Below are positions 40,254 through 53,408 of a stretch of 63,958 nt of DNA, one piece after another (the stretch's first letter is position 1; each line of letters begins with the position of its first letter). Location of the stretch: NCBI RefSeq assembly GCF_000181795.1, contig NW_003526943.1, positions 62,043 to 126,000 of the forward strand. The letters are read 5' to 3'. The notes beneath the pieces are model-generated. The model did not search any database and had not been told where the DNA came from. It saw only the letters and a program-made list of their open reading frames with translations. A program made the translations under genes and the position numbers. The stretch is from Trichinella spiralis (lineage: Eukaryota).

Positions 40254-43200
40254 ACAAGTCAACTTATAAAATTTTGCAATCATTCACTTCTGCGTTTCGA
40301 AACTGCTTTGAAATTGTTTATAAGAAAAAAAATTTTTTTATTCAATGAAATTTTGTTATGCTTATTTTATGAAAAAAATGTAGCTCACTGAAAAAATCAC
40401 GAATAACGAATCTCAGTTTTTATGTCTATGCAATGTGTATTGCAGTTTATTGTAGCATTTGCGTGATTGCTTCACTTTTCCATGCTTTGTGAACAGCTAA
40501 GTACAAGTTACTATGTAGCGTAATTGCTAAGCCATTTGTAATTTTAATGAAAACAGTTGCTTCATTGAATTTTTGTTAATCATGTTACACAAAAACAGTC
40601 TGTTAACTTACTTTTTAAAACAATTTAACAAATTTTGTTTACTTTCCAAAAAGTAATAAGAAGATCATTAAAAAAAACAAACTCGTTTAAATAAATTCAA
40701 CATTAAAGAATAATAAAAGTAAAAGAATTGCAATAACGGCTTTAGTCAATGCGCAGCACAAACTAACACAACTTGCTAGTACTGCTTGTGTTCATATGTG
40801 AAGGTGGTGGTATTTTCGACTGCAAAAAGAGCAGTGCAAAACTACCAGATGTTAAAAATAAATTCAAATTTTCTAGTAAATAATTCAGCCATATGCTATT
40901 TGTTGATGAAATAGTCAGCAGTGGATTTGATAGGAAACCACTGGCTAATGTTATTTAAAACATGAAGCAATCATGTTGCTATAGAAAAATTTAAAAATTT
41001 AGCCAGAAAATCTGATTCAAACTTTTTTTAGTGATAACATTAATAATAGAAAAATTCTTTAAATAGTATTGTGATGTATCACTTCCTCTTTAAAACATTT
41101 CTTAGGCAATGTAATTGCCACTGTCAGATGAGAAAATCATTTTGTTGTAAAAAAATTTCACTTTTTACATAGTAAGCAACTTGAATTTTTCAGATATGTA
41201 ATTTTAAATGGATAAGTAATTTTAAAATTAACAAAAGTTATAAAAACTAAAATTAACAATTTTTGAATAAAGTGTATGATTTTGTTTGCATAGCAGTTCA
41301 TTGCATTGAATCTTTCAAAATGAAATCTATCAATTAGTGCATTTTCCAACGCAGTGCAAAATCATCTAATAGCAATGTTGGTATTTCAAAAGTGTCATTT
41401 TACAACAAATGTAAAAGTCGAAAGGTCAGAAAAAGAAGGCTCAAGATGTTTTTGATAAATTTATTACTTTTATCAGGAAATTTCAAATCAAAATTGCAAG
41501 TTTATGATGCATTTTTGAAGTCAGTTTATAAGTAAATTAAATACAGTAACTTCACTGACAGTAAGTCTAAAGTATGAACTGTAGAAGTCATGTCAAAGAG
41601 ACGTTTATTTGCTGGTTCATTACATAGGAATGTTCCACTTTGTATAGAAAGTAAACGCGATTGTGGCAAGTTTTTGAAATTGACTGATTCGATTAATGAT
41701 TAAAGTGAAAATAGCATATCCACTTGAGTTTCAATGCGTAAATTTTATTCTAAAGACATTTTCAAACTACTGTGAAGATTGTGAACCGATTGTTATATTA
41801 ATAAATATTTCCTGAAAAATCTTTTAGCAGTATCTCATACTTGAAAAATATATATGTTCATTTAAATTCACTGTTTAGACGTTATTAAATTGTTTTATTG
41901 CTGTGCAACAAAAATACTTTTATACGTTTATTAGATTTTATTAACGTGATTGTTTCAATTTTATGAATTCTGAAAGTAAGGCATATAATAAATTTAATGT
42001 TTCACAAATAATATAGTTTCTAATAAATTATAATAAATTTTGTAATAATACAATAATTTTTCTTTGAAAGCAAATATATGAAATATTAAATTAAAAAAGT
42101 AAAAACAATTATACATTATTTTTAATGATGAACTATAACTTTTTTAAAAAGTTATATTTTTAGAATTTGTAAAATGTTTTGAAAAATTGTTTCAACATAT
42201 CATTATTTCCGATAAATTTTTCAAGATTAAAAAAATCTTTGCCGTTGCTCATAAACAATGAATTCAATAAAATTTGTGGAGCATTTTTTTATCTTGAATA
42301 ATAATTAAGAAAATTTATTTCATGAATACATATTAAGGATATGCATATCAAAATAGAATGAAATTAAATGAAAGCAGTTCATTTCACATAATATAAAAAT
42401 ATTATATCGCCATCCCTTTCAAAACTGATGCATATTTTTGAATCTTTGTTTCATGAAATGCATCTTAACACGTGCCAAATGTGTGAATAAAATTTTATCC
42501 ATTAGATAAAAATGCAAAGAGGTAATTTTCAAATTAAATACATTTTGTAGAAGTATATTAAAAACTAAGCAGTAGAAAGTTTGTTTAGCTACTTCCATTT
42601 TGTGAATTCAACTTTCAACCAGTATGTATAGTGAAAAATAGCAAACTGCTTTGAAACTAAATAATATTCACATCATTATATGGCTGAGCTTGCACATGAC
42701 TTATTTATTAACAACATTTTAATATGGAATAATAATGCTAACTCATCCGATGATTTGGCTATCAGTGTATTATGATACTAAATGAATTCATTCAAAGCTT
42801 TTGCAGAAGTTTGATTTTGAATTATAATTAGCACAAATTATTGAAATGTAAAAAAATAGATAATTTATAAAATATCAAAATAATCAAACAGCTGATAGTA
42901 TATTTTCTAGCGAAATATCAGTCATTTTTCATGTTTTAATCAATACTATTAACAGTAGTGTAATAAAACGGAATTACGTTCTAAGCAGAGTATTCCTATA
43001 GATGAATTTACTTCACTAACTAGCATAGTTTCTTAAATTATCTTTGTTTGAACGTAAATAAAAATATCAAAATTATTGATTTTCATAGAAATTTTTAGAT
43101 GAATTGTTTTTAAAGACAACATTTTTCATTTCACTTCTGCTCATCTGCTGATGACTATGATAAATTCATAATAAGGCACTTATGGCTTGCTTTCTAAATA

Positions 43201-46200
43201 CTCTTTAGCTTCTTGAATTTCGACTTCTACTTGTGTACAAAATCTAATATAAATATAAATATAAATTGCTGGTAATTTTTAAATTATTTTCTCATTTCTA
43301 TTCCTAACAAAAACATGATAAGTTGTAATTGCAAAAAAAATAATGCATGCTTTAGTCTTTTTACAATAGAAATAAATTTTAAAAATTGTGATGGAAGAAT
43401 GCAATTTAAAGTAGGCAGATTTTGTTTTAAAGTTCATTTGCACATTTTTATTTAACAATTTATGTTTAGCAGTTACACTATTTTTATTGCCGACATTTTA
43501 AGTTTTACCATTACTGGTTAAGCATTTTTCATCTAGTGTTCACGCATAAATCAGTGGTTTTCAAATTATTATTTACACAAACCATTGGAATAGCATAATA
43601 TAAAATAGCAAGCTGTAAAGGTTATTAAATGTCATGAATGATACGTTTTTCTAAAATAGAAAACTGCCTTCTTTAAATATATAAAGTTTGAAATATTCAT
43701 TTTATCTACATTTGAATATCTAACTATCGATATATATGTAGATATATATAAACATTTATTTATTAATTTAAATGTCCCAATCTGAAGTTATTCAAAGTTG
43801 ATTAATGCAATATTTCAGGGGCATATAAATTGTAGCAAATGTTTTTAATAGTAAATGCTTTCTGCGATGTTAAATAAAGAATTGCTCACATTCATCTGAA
43901 AAATGAAGAAAGCATGCCGTTGCCTACGTCGCAGCGATGTCACACAAAAAGTGCATTTCATTCAAAATTATTTATGAATGCAAAAAAAGTAGAAATAAAA
44001 TGACTAAAGTTATTGTTAACAAAAGAAAATTGTTGTTGATAAAAACAGAAGGTTATTAATGAAGAAGTAAAAAATTGCGTCAAGTGGACGTGGTTAATCA
44101 AAATTCAGTGATAAACGACCACTTATTGAACTTGAATAATTTTATGGTTTTATTATGATCAATATTTTTTAGAAATGAAAATCCTTTTATTTATCATTGA
44201 AATATCATATTTGCAAAAGAATAATGTTTCTTTCACTTTCTTCCAAAGGTTAACAAACACTGCATGGTTGAAATATTTGCTAGCAGAAAAAATTTACATT
44301 CAAAAAGTTCGCATAATATAAAAAAACGGATCACTCTGCTTTGTGAAGCATGCATGCAGTCAGTTAGTTCAATTACACTTCAAAGTGAATATTTATTTTA
44401 AATAATTTGCTTTGGCTAATGTAAGTAAATGCAAATTTTCACTGTACGTCAATGAATACTGCATGTTGTAGGAACCTCAGTGCGAACAAATTGCATAATC
44501 AATAATATAGGAATTTTATTATAATTTTGTATAAAGACTGAAAGTGATAAAATTTGAAGTAATATTGAAAATTATTATAACTAAACTTGTTTTTGAAGCC
44601 ATTTTGGACATGTCATATCTTGTAATAAAAAGTAAGTTTGAACATCCAATAAAAGCTTTTCAAAATGATCGCACAGAATTAATTTTATTCAGAAGAAGCA
44701 CTACAAAAATTGACTGGGCTATAACTTCATTATTTCTGCAATTTTTATTGAAATTTTTTAATAAAGTAAAACTTGGAAATGTTAAGTTGTTAAAAGAAAT
44801 AAAATCTTCCAAGTGTTTAGTATGCTTTGCTTTTTATCTTATGTGTGATATAATTTGATGTTGCTTGTTTAATTTCTGAAATGTACATTCATTGCACATT
44901 AGCTGCAGTTGAAAGCGAAACTCTGCATAAACCGTACACAGTTTTGGTAGAAATTGTAATAATTATTGTGCAAAATATTGTCCAAACAGTTTTTTCGTAA
45001 AAAAATTTGAGAAAAGTGCATTTTGTTAAAATATTGCTCAAAAAATTTTCAGTTGGATTGTTTTCTAGTCCATTTCCGACATTTGCTTGTCTTGGTATGT
45101 CATCAGTTTTTCTGGTCGAGTCAAACATTTTGCTATTTTTTGCGCAGAAATGCTAAAATTATTTTTAACTAGTTTCTTTTTAAATCAAAATGAATATTTT
45201 TTGCCCTCTTTTATCGTACTGCTTGTAACTATGCTTGCGCATCATTTGCAAGGCAACAGCTGATCAAGATTGGTCAAATCGTTGCTTTCAATTATAAGAG
45301 ATATTGCAATTGCAGCGTATTATACATGCATATATATATATTGGTTAATTTAATTTAAAGTTTACGGTGTTATTTTAAAAATGTAATGCTGCTGATTATT
45401 TCGTTTGTTTGTTTGTTTGTTTGTTTGTTTTGTTTTGGGGAAAAAATTTTAAACTCAAAATGCAAGAATGCAAAACAGGTTATGTGGCATGTTGGCTTAT
45501 GGTAGAAGTTTTCTTACTGAAGAACCGTAAACAATCAATAATAGCGGATAGGGGTCAGCTTTGCTCTTCTTCTGTGAGGTTACTTTATTTTCACATCAAC
45601 TGACCGTTGCTGAGCTTCATGGAAAAGTAAACTTTAGTTAGCAAAAGTGGAAGCTGAGGAAGCTGATTGAATATCTGCAGTAAAAACACTTTTCTTTGCT
45701 TTCTGTTCCATTATTCACTTTTGCAATTGTCGACGAGTTCGAGAAATCGAGAGAGTCCAGTGTGTCGCTGGTGTAGCAATACTGACCAATCACAATACGT
45801 CTGCAGAGTAGAATGGGTGAAAGAAATAAATCATTATCTTTTTCCAGCTGACTGTCAAATCAGATTCATAGAATAAGTAGGAAGCTAGTTATAGACATGA
45901 TGCATTTAAAAATGAAGCATTCGAAACAACGAAACGAGCTTGAATTGCGTTTCGCTTTAATTTTGCTCAAATATACATAACATTTTCTTCTACATCCATT
46001 ATATGCATATATATATATTATACGTATATGTATACTTTCTTCCCTTTAAGTTTCATTCATTCATTCATTCATTTTTCCCTTTTTTCTATTTTACTGCTAA
46101 CACTATTTTTGTGTATCACACTTTTTTGAATTAAGTTTTGTTATATTATTGTTTTTATGAAAATTTTAATAAATTTCCATTGTAAAATGTGCTGGTTTTA

Positions 46201-46212
46201 AGGAAAACCCCT

Positions 46213-46975
46213 ATGGCTAACTACAAAATGCTCCGCTTTCTGGTCACTTTGTTGTTGATGACCACTTCGAGTAAATCAAGCACAGTTGATTCATCACCAA
46301 CCGCATCGAAGCCATTAGAAAAGATTACGACCGATTTTGATGGACAATTATACAGTGCCGGTGAAAGGATGTTACTCCAAGTGGACCCAGGAGAGCCATC
46401 TGATGAAGAAATTATTCAAGATGAAATGGATGAAAAGTACAATTCACAAGACAAAGTACAACCAGATTTAGATAGTGAAGCTCTATCATCTCTTAGTCAA
46501 GAACTGTTTGACAGTGCTGCAGTAGATAATAATAATAATTACGCCCATTCTTGGACCAATAAGCATCCGCTGATGATGATGTCATCTTCACAAAAGGTGG
46601 TTGATTTCATTAGTGGAACTCAAATCAGTATTGAAGATACACAAGATCAAACTTTTGGTCCTGTTGGAAATGAAACTTTAGAAGATTATATTCGCCATAA
46701 CTGCACTTCTTGCCTACTTCGAGAAGAAGCGAAATTAGCAAGAATTGAACGCGTCAAAGTGGAATTACTTCACAAGCTTGGTTTGAAAAATCCTCCAAAT
46801 TCAACAATGAAAACTCTTCCACCGATGCTTCCACATTTGAATGATCTGTTAAATAAATGGGGTTTCAACGCTCACAGTGGCTTATTAAGTGATAGCCCAT
46901 ACGTTGATCGTGACGATCTTCGTCCAGAAGATGATTCTGCAAAGTTGGAGCAAATTTACATCATTGGTCAGAAAC
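46213..46975 (+). CDS. TGF-beta family prepropeptide, myostatin/GDF11/myoglianin-like; first coding exon only (partial)
   Basis: Signal peptide (MLRFLVTLLLMTT), acidic linker, then CTSCLLREEAKLARIERVKVELLHKLGLKNPPN...LPPMLPHLNDLLNKW...DDSAKLEQIYII. This matches the CxxC + latency helix/lasso pattern of GDF8/11/activin prodomains. Ends at a phase-1 GTAAG donor; later exons not found. Confidence 0.8.
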
Positions 46976-47329
46976 GTAAGCAATTTTTTCAATTAATTAA
47001 ATGAAATTTAATAAATAGTGTAAAATTTCTTTTAAATCAATTTTTAGTTAAGAGAATAAAATTTGATGAATTTTAAGAAATTCAATTTCCAGATGTTAAC
47101 TTGCGACCAATCAACAAATGCAGCTTGAAATAAAGAGACTTGACAGATTTTTCACTTAATGCTCATTAATCATTTTTTGTAACTTGAACAAATTCATCAA
47201 AATTTTAAAACATAATTTACATTTTAAAAAGATATTTAAATTAATTTCTTTTATTCAATAATTATATAGTAAATAAATAAGAAAAAGCGAAACAACTATT
47301 GCATTAATAATGTTGTTTTATAAACATAC

Positions 47330-47374
<45 letters not shown>
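47330..47374. repeat. (TATATG)n microsatellite abutting the assembly gap
   Basis: Tandem hexamer run immediately before the N run. Confidence 0.9.
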
Positions 47375-47382
47375 CATGAATA

Positions 47383-47392
47383 NNNNNNNNNN
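47383..47392. other. Assembly gap (10 N)
   Basis: Run of n characters. Confidence 1.
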
Positions 47393-47568
47393 TTTCTATT
47401 AGCAATCCGCGAATTTTTTCTTATTATTATTATATGAAAGATTTAAAATTTCGAATTTCATTTACACTGTACATTTATATTGGTCAGCATTTATAATTTG
47501 ATATATTATAGGCATGTTGTATGGGAAGCATTTTTTCTAAATTATTAAAGTTCTTACTTGTATTATAG

Positions 47569-48117
47569 TGCTGGAAAGCGAAGTATGAGGCTATGGAAAG
47601 CTTTTTAGATGAGGATCGCCAACAAAATGAAAAATTACTTTTGAAATATGAGGAGCTGTTGGCTGAAAACTCATCACAGAAAGTTCTTATAAATAAATTA
47701 AATAAAGATGTATCCGTTTTGAAAGAAGAAAATGTAAATCTTCAAAACGATTCCGACAAGTGGAAACTTATGTTCACTACTTTAAAACAGTTAACAGAAT
47801 CTGGTAAGTAATATTTATTATTAAGTAAGTTGTTAAATTTTAATGGTAAACATTTTTCAGCTCTACAATTTGGTTGTTTGAATTATTTATCAGTGACTAC
47901 GGATCCGTCGTTTTGGGATGAAGTGGTGTCTTCTGCTTTCAAGGGAGCAGATGTTAAAGTTGATGAAATTTCGGCAGAACAAAAGGCTAAAGATAGTTTG
48001 GAAGAAATAATTAAAAGAGCAGCATTTTCTCCGGTTAATAATTTTTCAACAGAAAATGTTTCAACCTGTGATGAAAGCATGCCTTTAACTTTAGAAGAAA
48101 TGTTTTTTAAGAAATGA
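47569..48117 (+). CDS. 3' exons of an uncharacterised coiled-coil protein (5' end probably missing)
   Basis: Exons 47569-47803 (heptad-like, E/K/L-rich) and 47861-48117 join through a phase-1 GT-AG intron and end in TGA. Confidence 0.7.
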
Positions 48118-48499
48118 AAGTGATATTTTGAAAAAATAAAAATTTCATTTTTATTGTTTTGTTATTAAAAATTAACCTGAGTTGTAATATTATTAAATTA
48201 TTGCTGTAATGATTGGTTACTGTAATGGTTAATTAATTTTCAAGTGTAATAGTATGTACAATTTCATTCCTTGAAAAAATTCTCACGTCGTGAGAGCGAG
48301 TTTTATTATTTTCTGTTTGTGCACAGTGAATATATATATATATATATATATATATTGATTTGAAATGTTCAATGACGTTATAGAAAGTGGAAGTAGTAGC
48401 AGCAGTAAGCATGGTTGTATAAAGTTAGTTAGTTGATCAGTGCCAATGCAAAGCTAGAAATGCTTCAGTTGGTTATGTTTTTCACAATCAGACATGTTA

Positions 48500-48620
48500 T
48501 TTTTCCCAACTGCTACACATGCTAGCTAGTTAGCTAGTATTTGCCAACTGGCAACGATAAACCAAGCAACAACAGCTGCATCAAGCTTTAGAACTACACT
48601 TCAACGCCTACTATTTAAAT
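48500..48620 (+). promoter_or_regulatory. Muscle-type promoter elements: E-boxes (CAACTG x2, CAGCTG) and TATA-like TATTTAAA
   Basis: CANNTG motifs near 48507, 48545 and 48573, and TATTTAAA near 48612, upstream of the myosin light chain ATG. CAGCTG is the HLH-1/MyoD-type site. Confidence 0.35.
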
Positions 48621-48755
48621 GCTTTTAACTGCTTGGAGCCAGCTTGCAGGAGAGTTGTTGTCTGGTATTTATTTTTCATTCTCTCTTTATACGAGTCGAC
48701 GTCAACGTTGTTGCCAGACTTTTCACTAATACTTCACTAATATAAGCTTCATAAA

Positions 48756-49801
48756 ATGGTAAGCATTTTCTTGAATTTACTTCATCAACAGTTATTATCA
48801 AATTTCGAATTCACGTCTACTATTTCATCTTCACATTCTTATTATAACTAAATGCCAAAGCTTCATTTCATTCTTTTCAAAAAAAAATTTTTTTAGCAAC
48901 TCTATAAACTTAGCTGCATATCAAAGCATTTTTATTGCATTTAATAAATAAAGCGTAAAGTTATAAAATAAAATTTTATTTTTTCTACTACAAAATTTTT
49001 AGTTAATAAATATTAAAAAATAAAAAAAATATGGAAATTTGAAACTCTTATTTTTATTTTCCACAGTGATCAATAAGCATTTTATTAAAGCAGTGTAATT
49101 TTTATAGATTATTTCAAAAAATGAATTAAAATTTAATATTGATTGAAATTTAAACAAATTTTGTTTTAGCCTGTTCCAGAAAGCAAATTGGCCGGTAAGT
49201 TCAGTCGGTATATTAAAACGTTATAATACTATGATGTTGTTTTTTCAACTTAAATTTGTATATTAAATTTGACAGTTACACTTTATATGAATGATAAACA
49301 AAAAAACATTTCTTATTATTAGAAAATAATGTTATTTATATAAATTGGAAAAGCATTTAAGCATTTGGAATTGAATATTGCTTCGCATGCATGTTGGCAT
49401 TGCTGCATGCATGGTTGAAGATTAAATTTGAAATTGCACCAATCATCTTTTAGTATACGTTAGCAGTTAAGAATAGCAAGTCGATTTATTTGTTTTCAAG
49501 ATATCCGAGTTTCTGTTTACTTTCTGTGTTCAGTGAAGTAAAGCTGCTTTTCACTTAACGCTGCAATTGAAATTGAAAATTGCATCATTTTCTTTAATAT
49601 TCAAAAGTTTATAACGTGAACAAGATGGGAATCGACAAGGATCGTATGTTTTCTTTTTTTACATATTCATCTATAATATCTATATATATTGTATTTTTTC
49701 AAATTCATTATTCTAATTAGGGCAAACGTTTCCTGTCTGATCTATGACAAATTCTTCAAATGCATTAAACGAATGTTTTATATAATGTTGTCATTCAACA
49801 T

Positions 49802-49841
<40 letters not shown>

Positions 49842-50811
49842 TATTATTATAAATGTTTTACACTTATTTTAGATTGCAAAGAAATGTTCAGTCTTTATGA
49901 CGAAGAAGGAGATAATAAGATTGACGCAACACAAATTGGTTGTGTCGTTAGAGCGTTGGGTTTGAAACCTACAAATGCCATGATCGCCAAAGCAGCTGGT
50001 GCAGAATACAAGAGAAAAGGTAAATAATATTAATATATCTGCACAAACATATGCAAATTTTTTTCACATGTAATATTTAAAATAAAAACAATATCTTAAT
50101 TTCAAAAATGACTTTATGATTATTTATTTGTTTATTTATTCATACTTTAAAAGTTATTTTCAAATAGGAGAAAAGCGATTGGATTTTGAAGAATTTTTAC
50201 CAATATATGAACAACTAACTAAAGAAAAAGAAGTAGGCTCGTATCATGATTACGTTGAAGGTTTCCGAGTGTATGACAAAGAAGGCAATGGAAAAATAAT
50301 GGCTGCTGAACTTAGACACTCACTTTTAGCATTGGGTAAGAAATTTTTATTACTTTTTTTAAACATGAATATTTATATAATAATTTGTATATTTTATAAA
50401 CTGTTCTTTGTTTAATTGTTTTGATTAGGCGAAAGAATGCAATCTGATGAAATTGACGAGATTTTGGATGGTGTACAAGACGCTGAAGGAATGGTCAATT
50501 ATGAAGGTTTGTTTATTTCAAAAACTTTCTGTATTATATGAAATATAATTTAGAAAATTGCTTGTTTTCCATTTTGAAATTAGTAGTATACGTATATATG
50601 CTATTTTAAAAATTTTATAAGCTGAAGTTTTTTTCTTAATTTTTATTCATTTAAATAAATTGTAAATTTAATTTTGATTTTTTGAAACACCGAAATAGCA
50701 TTATTTATTAAAATGAAGCTCGTTTATTATTTTCATGTTTTAATTTAATTTATCTTTTTAGCTTTTATCAAGAAGATCCTTGCTGGTCCATTTCCAAATG
50801 AAGAGGACTAA
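48756..50811 (+). CDS. mlc-3: Myosin essential (alkali) light chain, EF-hand
   Basis: Exons 48756-48758 (ATG only), 49170-49194, 49873-50019, 50168-50335, 50429-50506, 50762-50811. [74 protein letters not shown]. Alternative first exon at 49625-49643. Confidence 0.95.
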
Positions 50812-51443
50812 TGCTTTCATAGCCATAAACGTTTAATACTTACTATATTATATGGTTTGCTATTTATAACTGAATATTTCAAATTTACACCTTGCATTTA
50901 AATTATCTTTAAGAATTATCTGGACCATTAATTTGAAATGATCTAAATTTCAATTGCTTTTACTTGGCAGTTGGCAGTTTCTGCTTAGAAATGTTTGCCG
51001 TATCTTACAATTATTTCTTCTGATAATATTTTTGAAAAACTTGCTAAAAATGATGAAATCAGTAAAAAAAATGTAGAACTGAATTTCTTCCTCGATAGTG
51101 GTTTTGATGATTCATCTTGACATTGTAAGTTGCACTATATTTTATGCTACTTGACTGTCCTTCATATTCATTGAACTGGTTCACGGTTGCATCAAACAGT
51201 AGTAACATAATTTCAAATTTTGAGTTTTTCTTTTTTTGAAACAGTTTAGGTGTAATTTTTGAATATTAATACTAACGAAGATTTTGATATAAATAATAAA
51301 AACTGCCATCTCACATTTGCTGTTCTGCTATTTTTTGAATGTTTTGTAAACTTTTTATTTTCTGACAAATGCTTTTATTTATTAAATAAAAAATAACACA
51401 AAAACAAGCGCTCATTTTCAATTATATTATAATTCAATAGAAA

Positions 51444-53182
51444 TTATCCATCAGTACATTGCACTTCTTTGTTATCAACAAACAGTTGGTAAATTAAGCC
51501 TGATTTTGCTGCATTTGCTTTGGAAGACTGTATTCGAGCAATATGTTGACTGAATTCAAAATTTATTGCCATTCCATTGTCCACAAATTCACCCTGTGTT
51601 TCAAAATTATTTATTCACAATTAGTTGATTGACTGATTAAGTTTTTCTTTAACAATTTATGAAATATTCAAACAATTGTTCTTTATAAAAGGATATGCAT
51701 ATATTCAAAGCTTATGAGTTAAATTATTATTGCATCATTGCTAACTAATAAATTATGATAAAAATGAAATTTTTTCATATGACAGTTTTAGTGCAAATAA
51801 ATTATTTCTTCAGTTGCTTTCGAAAATCAATTTTTAAAGAAATGTTTACTGTTATAAATATATTAAATATCCATAATAATATCTCAAATATGTTAAACTA
51901 ATTGTTGTTCTAAAATACTTATGATTTTATAAAATTAATTTTATGTGCATGAGCATATTTTGCAATTACAAAATACTTACGTGACTTTCGATAATTTTTC
52001 CATTTACATATACATCCAGTTTTTCTTTTTCTTAAATGGAATTTAATTATGTAAAATCAATTTAAAAATAAAAATTCAGCAATTATGTAATGACATTACA
52101 TTCTGTAACAAGAAATGTAGGATTTATTTATGATAACAGCAAACACAAAGTACGGAAAGTTGTATGAATGATGAATATACCTTGTTGTAATTAGCAATAA
52201 GTATTATTTAATTACTGTTAATTTACTGAAGAATATTATATTGCTTGTGCTTAGAATTTATTTAAATTTTTTTTCTTAAAAAAGCTGAATTAAACTTTAT
52301 TTTTATTAAAAAAAACGTTGATTAATTTAACAAATTATGAGTTGTGAGTATATATAGGTGGAAAAGTTGTAGCAGATGAAGACTTTGATTTCCTAACATA
52401 TTCGAAATAGTACTTTTTGTTCAGGAAACTTTTTTGCACAAACAGAATAGTGAAAAAATGTTTTAAAACTTTCAAAGCACCTTTAAAGTAAAATGTGGTG
52501 ACGAAGTGAAAATGTTTATAAATTATGTTTTGTTAATGTTGTTATAAAATTTAAATTTTTATCATATTGATTGATGTAATTTATTTAAAAATAATATAAA
52601 TAGCAGTTGATTATTAATAAATCAAAACATATATTTTTATGAGTTTGTTGTATTGAAAGAGAGTTATAGAAGATTTAAATAGCAATTCAACAAATACTGA
52701 AAGATCATCTTGGATAATAAAAGTGAATCAAATGTTTGCATACCTAAACAGATTTTGTAAATGAATCCATTGAGCTTCACTTCCCAAATTTTCAATGCTC
52801 TTCGCATTTGTTCAGAAAATTTTTCAAAAGACTTCCCATTAACTTCCAATGTGTACTGATAAGCAAAAATGCCCGATGCCTCGATGATGATTTTACAACT
52901 GACACCATGAAGTACAAATGTTTCACAACCGACAAGCTTGAATACCCAATCTCTACGGAAAACTTCCTAGATTTATTGAATTTAAAATGCATAAAGCGAC
53001 TGATAATTTATTTTAATAAAAAATTTACAAGTAATCATTACTTTTCCATCTACACGTATTACCCTTCTTCCTGAAGAAGTGCCGTGTTCGAATTCGATTT
53101 TATGCAAGCCATCGTTAAGCAACAGTTCCCAGGTTGCGACCAAATCTTTTAAATTGTTGCTTGAGCTCTTCTGATGTGACAT
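51444..53182 (-). CDS. FAIM: Fas apoptotic inhibitory molecule (FAIM1 family)
   Basis: Exons 53042-53182, 52744-52966, 51981-52030, 51444-51593. DLVATWELLLNDGLHKIEFEHGTSSGRRVIRVDGKEVFRRDWVFKLVG.ETF, YQYTLEVNGKS, DVYVNG, GEFVDNG. Confidence 0.95.
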
Positions 53183-53394
53183 CTTCTAGGAAACTAATGG
53201 AAACGTGCACACCATGAAAAGGCTTTATTTGAAAGCAATGTAAAAACAACAACAACAACAACAATAATAATAATAAATAATAAAGCGGATTATCAATACA
53301 TTTTCCATTTCTTGCTCGCTTTCTCATGTGCAATGCAGCAAAAGAACAAGAAGAAAAGTCTGCCATGTTGACATTTGTATTTATCAGAGTCGTT

Positions 53395-53408
53395 GTTGCC
53401 ATGACATC
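53395..53408. promoter_or_regulatory. X-box-like (RFX/DAF-19) motif upstream of FAIM
   Basis: GTTGCCATGACATC, one mismatch from GTTGCCATGACAAC, ~215 bp upstream of the FAIM ATG. Confidence 0.4.

Noticed and set aside
40300..45500. Short ORFs in the long AT-rich interval
   Set aside because: Low-complexity F/I/K/L-rich translations; no transposase, terminal repeats or exon chains recognised.
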